A DNA stretch of 64,000 bases, taken from contig NIVC01000356.1 in assembly GCA_002269645.1 (NCBI GenBank), positions 592,124 to 656,123 of the forward strand, written 5' to 3'. The notes under the pieces are model-generated. The model was not told where the DNA came from, ran no database searches, and saw only the letters and a program-made list of their open reading frames with translations. The translations under genes were made by a program, and so were the position numbers. Positions 59,050-64,000 of the stretch are shown piece after piece; the first letter of the stretch is position 1; each line of letters begins with the position of its first letter. This stretch comes from Macrostomum lignano. Its lineage: Eukaryota.

Positions 59050-59442
59050 CTACTTGCCAAACAAACTGAATAACTTTTTAGTCGTGGCGCTCGGCTTTTT
59101 CTTTTTACGTATGCGTCTAACTCGCCGACCACGTCCAACCTGTTTTTTTACCGCAGGTGTCTTTCTGCTTATACCCTTTTTCCTGACTCGTCGTCGCTTA
59201 ACCACAACTGGTCCATCAGTAGTCGTCAATCTACGTTTCTTACCCATTCCAATCGTCTTCTTCAGGAAGCTTAAACCGCCCTCTACTAAATCCTTCCGAG
59301 CTCTACGTAGCACGGGATATATCACTCTCTCTGTTAAATTCGTCAAATATCCGTATCCCTCGTACACAGGTATCGAACTCGACCCACCACCCGTCCGCGG
59401 CTGTGTACTAGGTCCCGAATAGAATGCAAAAACCGGATCCAT
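59050..59442 (-). CDS. Small basic putative core/DNA-condensing protein
   Basis: N-terminal GGG..IPVYEGYG, amphipathic helix, R/K-rich tail with QVGRG; position and pattern as in Polinton small core ORFs. Confidence 0.6.
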   Translation of the reverse strand: MDPVFAFYSGPSTQPRTGGGSSSIPVYEGYGYLTNLTERVIYPVLRRARKDLVEGGLSFLKKTIGMGKKRRLTTTDGPVVVKRRRVRKKGISRKTPAVKKQVGRGRRVRRIRKKKKPSATTKKLFSLFGK

Positions 59443-59471
59443 GAATGCCGAGCGAAACTATACGTCAAAAT

Positions 59472-60614
59472 CTACTTAAAGTGCTTTGCTAATACCCGTG
59501 CTGTCTCTTTATCTAGATCTGATTCAGCCAACCACTGACCTCTCGAGTCGGGCATTCCCTCCCACTTGACAAAATATCGCCTGCCCTTCTTCCCCATACG
59601 CTCAACACGCTCGACCCGATCAATTTTAACAACCTCCGCCTCAGGTTCAGCCACTAGAAGCAGTTCACCTTGGTTGAATCGACCCTCCAACACTGTCGAA
59701 TCGTCCTCGGGGTCTAACAGACCATAAGACGGTGGCTTCGTAGAATACACCCGATGAATTCGATACACCCTATTACTCCATGTCGTTGTGTAACCCTTCT
59801 CAAATTTTCCCTTTTGACGTGCAAGTCGTACCCAATCACCAACCTTAAAACGCGGAATAGGCCTCACATCGTCGCCATACAACTCCTCCCACACCATGCC
59901 CTGCAGATGGCCATCCGCACTCACATCAATGGGGCTACGACCATTTAAACTGCGGTGTGGAGAGTTATTCAACGCAAGCTCTAATTTTGGTAGAACATCA
60001 AACCACCGGGCCAGATTTCGAGTCCGAAATAGTCGTAGTAATCGCTCCTTCACGGTGCGTATCAATCGCTCAGCCATGCTCGCTTTGTAGGTACTCTGAC
60101 TTACGAAAAATCGTACGCCCTCACGCTTTAACATCGACTGAGTTTCTCGCCCAAGAAACTCTCGACCAGCATCGCCTTGTAAGTACAGCGGTTTAAACCC
60201 CGTGCGGAATATCTCATACAATACACGGCTCACCTCACTTGGCTTCTTCGTCTTCAAAGCTCTCAAGCGAGCCAACCTAGTGAAACAGTCGACTAATACG
60301 AGGATGTACCTGTAACCACGGTTTTCGTCCTGATATTGCGGTAAGTCTGCCAAATCAATCTGCATTTGAAATTTTGCAACGGGCGGTAGTTGTATTTTCG
60401 GAGTTTTGAACTTCCGATTCGACTTCTGGAACAGATGTATCTCCTTCGTCCTACGCACCCACTTGTCAACAACAGCCTTGGCTTTTTTTTGCGTTAACTC
60501 CGGATACCTCCGCCTCAAAACTCGTATAAATTGCTTCTTATTACCACTAAACGCAGTAGGGCGTTCCAAGTCGAAAAATGCCACGTCCAGAAACTTAAAA
60601 AAAATCGCTTCCAT
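59472..60614 (-). CDS. Retroviral-type (rve) integrase with C-terminal chromodomain-like module
   Basis: QIDLAD, LQGDAGREF, AERLIRTVK (DDE); FKVGD.VR, KFEKGYT..WS; YFVKWEG......W. Confidence 0.92.
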   Translation of the reverse strand: MEAIFFKFLDVAFFDLERPTAFSGNKKQFIRVLRRRYPELTQKKAKAVVDKWVRRTKEIHLFQKSNRKFKTPKIQLPPVAKFQMQIDLADLPQYQDENRGYRYILVLVDCFTRLARLRALKTKKPSEVSRVLYEIFRTGFKPLYLQGDAGREFLGRETQSMLKREGVRFFVSQSTYKASMAERLIRTVKERLLRLFRTRNLARWFDVLPKLELALNNSPHRSLNGRSPIDVSADGHLQGMVWEELYGDDVRPIPRFKVGDWVRLARQKGKFEKGYTTTWSNRVYRIHRVYSTKPPSYGLLDPEDDSTVLEGRFNQGELLLVAEPEAEVVKIDRVERVERMGKKGRRYFVKWEGMPDSRGQWLAESDLDKETARVLAKHFK

Positions 60615-60641
60615 CCTCCGTATTAGCGGCTCTCCAAATTT

Positions 60642-60815
60642 TTATGATGCAGAACCCACATTAGTATTGCAACAGTTAAAACTTGCCTTTACCGTTACGT
60701 CTCCGTCAGGCTCCTCTGCGCGCAGTACGCGTTCCAATAAATTCGCAATGCAACCACCCTCCCCCAAAAAACAAATTCTAAAACGCTTGTACAACCACTG
60801 AAACACATTCGCCAT
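60642..60815 (-). CDS. 57-aa small ORF, below the ORF track threshold
   Basis: MANVFQWLYKRFRICFLGEGGCIANLLERVLRAEEPDGDVTVKASFNCCNTNVGSAS*; fills the gap between two viral genes on the same strand. Confidence 0.5.
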   Translation of the reverse strand: MANVFQWLYKRFRICFLGEGGCIANLLERVLRAEEPDGDVTVKASFNCCNTNVGSAS

Positions 60816-60858
60816 CCCCAGACTCGATATATTTCACGTAAAATACAATGCTTATACA

Positions 60859-61530
60859 TTACGCTAGAGTCTCATAATCTTCCAAGGCTTGCAAGTCCCC
60901 ACCGCGCGACTCTGACTCGGGAGTAGGTTCCATGGGTGTTCCTTCCTCCAGAACGTTTCGCATATGCCGCCCTAGCATCGACGGTGGAATTGATTCCCTG
61001 CGAAGCAGTGAGACGAAACGTTCCAGCTCTGCCGCCGGAGGCGATCTCCCTCGTTTCAATGGTTGGTCGCGAGTGACATACTCTACTAGCTCGTCAAAAT
61101 CTCCTCCTCCAATCTCATTCGCAGCACCTGTCAGCCTTGCCTTCAGACGGTCGAAACGTGGTTGTACATTACGGGGGAGTCGCCTCCCCTTCTCGGTCTC
61201 ACCCTCCGTCGGGCCATCATGACCAACGGATGAGCGAACCTCTGGCGGGGTCTCACCATTCTTATTGTACAGAGACCGCGTTTGTAGCAACCGACTCTCC
61301 AAATCAGTTCTTTCCAACTGTGCGGTTGTAGGCTGCAGACTAGTCGATTCACCAATCTCCCGGTCAAGCCTATTCATCTCACCTTGCATTTCAACAATAT
61401 TCTTACCCAAAGCGTCCACAGGTCCGTCCAATACTCCCGTCCTTCGCTCATCTTTCGCCGTACATTCCAAATAAGCCTGCAACGGCAGCAAAACCATTCG
61501 CTGAAGAGTTCCTCCTCTATTGACTGGCAT
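60859..61530 (-). CDS. Polinton hypothetical protein (RMVLLP motif, coiled coil)
   Basis: 223-aa ORF whose ATG lies 1 nt after the upstream stop. Confidence 0.65.
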   Translation of the reverse strand: MPVNRGGTLQRMVLLPLQAYLECTAKDERRTGVLDGPVDALGKNIVEMQGEMNRLDREIGESTSLQPTTAQLERTDLESRLLQTRSLYNKNGETPPEVRSSVGHDGPTEGETEKGRRLPRNVQPRFDRLKARLTGAANEIGGGDFDELVEYVTRDQPLKRGRSPPAAELERFVSLLRRESIPPSMLGRHMRNVLEEGTPMEPTPESESRGGDLQALEDYETLA

Positions 61531-61531
61531 A

Positions 61532-61969
61532 TTACCTACGCCGTCCGGCCCGAATTGCTCGAACTAGATTTGCCGTCCCCGCAGCCGTACCGGCCAATCC
61601 CGATGTAATCCCTAGAGCCGTGCCAATGGCTGGCAAAGCAGAAATTATCGGAGCAAGAAACGGCAGGAAACCACCACGCTGTACCAAAATTTCCTTCCTG
61701 GCTCTAGTTGATTTTTTCTCCTTCAACAATTCTTGTATCGGTTTCCGATAGCGTTCTAAACGTTTCTTGTCACACGACTTTAACGGCACGCGTCCTTTTA
61801 CGATATTCAAAAGAAACTCAACCAGGCAACGCACCTCGCCCGGACTTAAACTTCGCAGAAATCGCTTGCGCTGGTCCAATCCCCGAAGCCTCGCGACAAC
61901 TTGCAATAGGAAGGCACACTGGGACAATGATCGCGCGCTTTGTACGCTCTTTTCTGTCAGCCCGGTCAT
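61532..61969 (-). CDS. Putative virion protein with an adenovirus pX-like C-terminal segment
   Basis: EFLLNIVKGRVPL; LVQRGGFLPFLAPIISALPAIGTALG resembles adenovirus pX MRGGILPLLIPLIAAAIGA. Confidence 0.65.
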   Translation of the reverse strand: MTGLTEKSVQSARSLSQCAFLLQVVARLRGLDQRKRFLRSLSPGEVRCLVEFLLNIVKGRVPLKSCDKKRLERYRKPIQELLKEKKSTRARKEILVQRGGFLPFLAPIISALPAIGTALGITSGLAGTAAGTANLVRAIRAGRRR

Positions 61970-62013
61970 TGTCTATCATGCCTTCTACTGATTCCGACTG
62001 TACTTGCTTATAA

Positions 62014-62970
62014 TCAATCGTCTCGTACCCTGAAGTGCAGCACAGCAATCACATGGCTTCCATCAGGGAAATTCAAATCTTGCCCCCGTTGGTCGGCCAG
62101 ACGAATGGAGATCTCATTAATGTAGCTCCGATTTGTCCGCAAGTAATATGGCGTCTGCAAAGCATTTCCGTCTCGTCGAAATATTCCGTTCTTTTCCTGG
62201 CGAAACTCAACCACGCGAAGTAGCGGAACCTGACGACTTCCAACCATTTGATATTCAACAATGTCGCTATAGCAGTACATGTAAACACTCCGCAGTATCG
62301 CTTCGGGTATTCTATCCAAATAGACCTTCGTCAGACCCCACGCACGATTTTTCCTCCAATACTCAACCACCTCCTTTAACGTATCCCCGGCAGGCCGTAT
62401 TACCTGCGTACTCTTCATCCAGACGGCGAAACCAGGTTCCAAGACAGCACGAAAATCGTACCAATTCGAATCTAATATACCTGCCTCGTCCATTGCATTC
62501 GTTATGTTCGTCCAGGATTCACCCGCCGCATCCGCGGGTTGGGTGCGTCCGTCGTGAGCTGTCAAACCCCACGTACTGAAACCAAAGCATGTCAAAAAAC
62601 TCCTTGGCAGTTCAATGCCCATACGTCGGCTGCCGGAATTTCGCAAATACCAAACATATGCTTTAGTAGCCGGCGTCCACGACAAGTGTACCTCCAAATC
62701 ATCGGCCTGCCAGACCTTACCCAAGAAGACTTCATCTGTTTTCTCGATAATTTTCTCGATGTTGCAATAATATATCACCTTCACCTCTTCTCGAAGTTCC
62801 GCCGAGGAAGTTTCCGCCGGCGGGCTGTTACATAGCAAATCCACCAAAGCCACTTCATACTTCCCAGCCGGCGCTAGATTCAATGGTGTAGTTAGCCGCA
62901 CCCGAAACTCGTGCGCAGAATTGGTCGGATAACTACGATCGTTTGACGGAATAAACACAAAGAAACTCAT
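62014..62970 (-). CDS. Minor capsid protein (penton, Polinton PX)
   Basis: F.V.IPSN...YP.N....FRVRL..PL.L...YEVAL N-terminus; YCYSDIVE...VG....PLLR...Y.......I.EI.I.L.D..G...F C-terminus. Confidence 0.85.
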   Translation of the reverse strand: MSFFVFIPSNDRSYPTNSAHEFRVRLTTPLNLAPAGKYEVALVDLLCNSPPAETSSAELREEVKVIYYCNIEKIIEKTDEVFLGKVWQADDLEVHLSWTPATKAYVWYLRNSGSRRMGIELPRSFLTCFGFSTWGLTAHDGRTQPADAAGESWTNITNAMDEAGILDSNWYDFRAVLEPGFAVWMKSTQVIRPAGDTLKEVVEYWRKNRAWGLTKVYLDRIPEAILRSVYMYCYSDIVEYQMVGSRQVPLLRVVEFRQEKNGIFRRDGNALQTPYYLRTNRSYINEISIRLADQRGQDLNFPDGSHVIAVLHFRVRDD

Positions 62971-63000
62971 AATCTCACCCCATAAGCTGTAGCCGCTTCC

Positions 63001-63732
63001 TCAAAACTTGCTTATAATATCCTCCTCCTTGATAGTCTCCGGACGCATATAAACAACCTGGTGAGTGTCACTCGAAAGACATTCGTCCGTATGCGTATCA
63101 TATCCGGCGTGTCCTGTCGTAAGTCTATGAAGAGATAGCTGAAGGCCTTGTCACCCGTCGCGTCGTCATAAGCCTGCACCAGAAATCTACTAGCTCGGGG
63201 TACATCTGCCGACCCAAATGTTCAACGGCGCTACGATCCCTAACATTTCGGCTTAAACAGATATAACTCGTCGATAAACTTCTTTTTCTTGCCTCAGGAT
63301 CCGCAGGGTCAAACAAATTTTGGCACAAATAAAGACAAGTCAATGGCGTATGATGAGCCAATTTGGTGAATACAGCGGTAAAAGCGCGTTGCTTTGCAAC
63401 TTCACCCTGCAAATCATCAACAACGACTAAATCGTGCGGCTTGAATCTAGCCAACAACTGATCGGGGAATCCCTGTACGAAGTGACATTCGCCACTTCCA
63501 CCCAATGTCCAACATTCTCGAACTCGTTTTTCCTCAGACGAATGTAACTCTGTACCGTGACACCAAATTAGACGCCTTGGTACTACTCGAAACAGACCCA
63601 AGCGCTCCCTTACCAGTCGAAGCACCCATTCACCAGTCGAAGCACCCATTCAGTCTTTCCCGAATTCGAAGGACCTGCGACGATAAACGTCGAGTCATGA
63701 GCAAATCGCAAGTCGAATGTACGCCTGTCCAT
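63001..63732 (-). pseudogene. FtsK/A32-type packaging ATPase with three frameshifts
   Basis: Walker A GPSNSGKT and Walker B VVVDD; FTKLAHH, QNLF. 20-bp tandem duplication at 63612-63651 and apparent 1-bp deletions near 63195 and 63073. Confidence 0.85.
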
Positions 63733-63733
63733 T

Positions 63734-64000
63734 CTAGGCACCCAAACGCTGTTTTACGTTCATAACACGGGATACCAGTTTTGCGGCCAAACGTTCCCCC
63801 CACTTAGTTGTAGGATCCGCAGCAATCTCTCGAGCTCCTGCTTCGAGTTGTTGATCGGCCTTTGAACGCTCTGCCACGTCCGAGTGCTTCTCGTATGCCA
63901 GGTCGTGTAAGAGACACAATTTATCGAGCCGATTCTTCCCAGTATCGCCCCGCGCTAAACGTTCTCTCAATCTGGTCCCGGGGCCGCAGAATTGGTAACC
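63734..64000 (-). CDS. Parvovirus VP1-like phospholipase A2 domain protein (5'-partial)
   Basis: GYQFCGPGT (Ca loop), RLARGD..KNRLD..CLLHDLAY (HD dyad), KAD; frame open to the window edge. Confidence 0.88.
   Translation of the reverse strand, partial: GYQFCGPGTRLRERLARGDTGKNRLDKLCLLHDLAYEKHSDVAERSKADQQLEAGAREIAADPTTKWGERLAAKLVSRVMNVKQRLGA

Larger units (their letters stand above)
56867..64000 (-). mobile_element. Polinton/Maverick (adintovirus-like) endogenous virus, left ~7.1 kb; continues beyond the window
   Basis: Compact intronless co-oriented PRO, MCP, core, INT, pX-like, penton, ATPase and PLA2 genes. Candidate terminus AGTAGT at 56867. Confidence 0.93.

Overview
Repeat-rich metazoan genomic DNA, with GC-rich spliced exons separated by introns filled with private minisatellites. 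This style suggests a flatworm such as Macrostomum, which is an inference. Host genes: the last two exons of a CEP192/SPD-2-like gene (+, 8459-10110), a peptide-type class A GPCR (-, 22536-24696) and a complete 8-exon carnitine palmitoyltransferase 1 (-, 36511-44850). An intronless Cys-loop ion channel subunit sits on the same strand inside CPT1 intron 1. Mobile DNA: a large CACTA/CMC (EnSpm-like) transposon with a BEN-domain accessory ORF, several MITEs, two tRNA-derived SINE copies, a full-length LOA/R1-group LINE (12-bp TSD), a full-length RTE-clade LINE (13-14-bp TSD), a 5'-inverted LINE fragment, and one end of a Polinton/adintovirus-like endogenous virus (protease, MCP, core, integrase, pX-like, penton, disrupted ATPase, parvovirus-like PLA2). 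Most notable signal: both full-length LINEs begin, within 1 nt of their TSD-defined 5' ends, with sequence that folds by hand into an HDV-like self-cleaving ribozyme. The RTE element also lacks an in-frame AUG before its endonuclease and carries a 2A-like VEKNPGP motif, a ribozyme-plus-2A layout known from trypanosome L1Tc/ingi. No database searches or folding programs were run.
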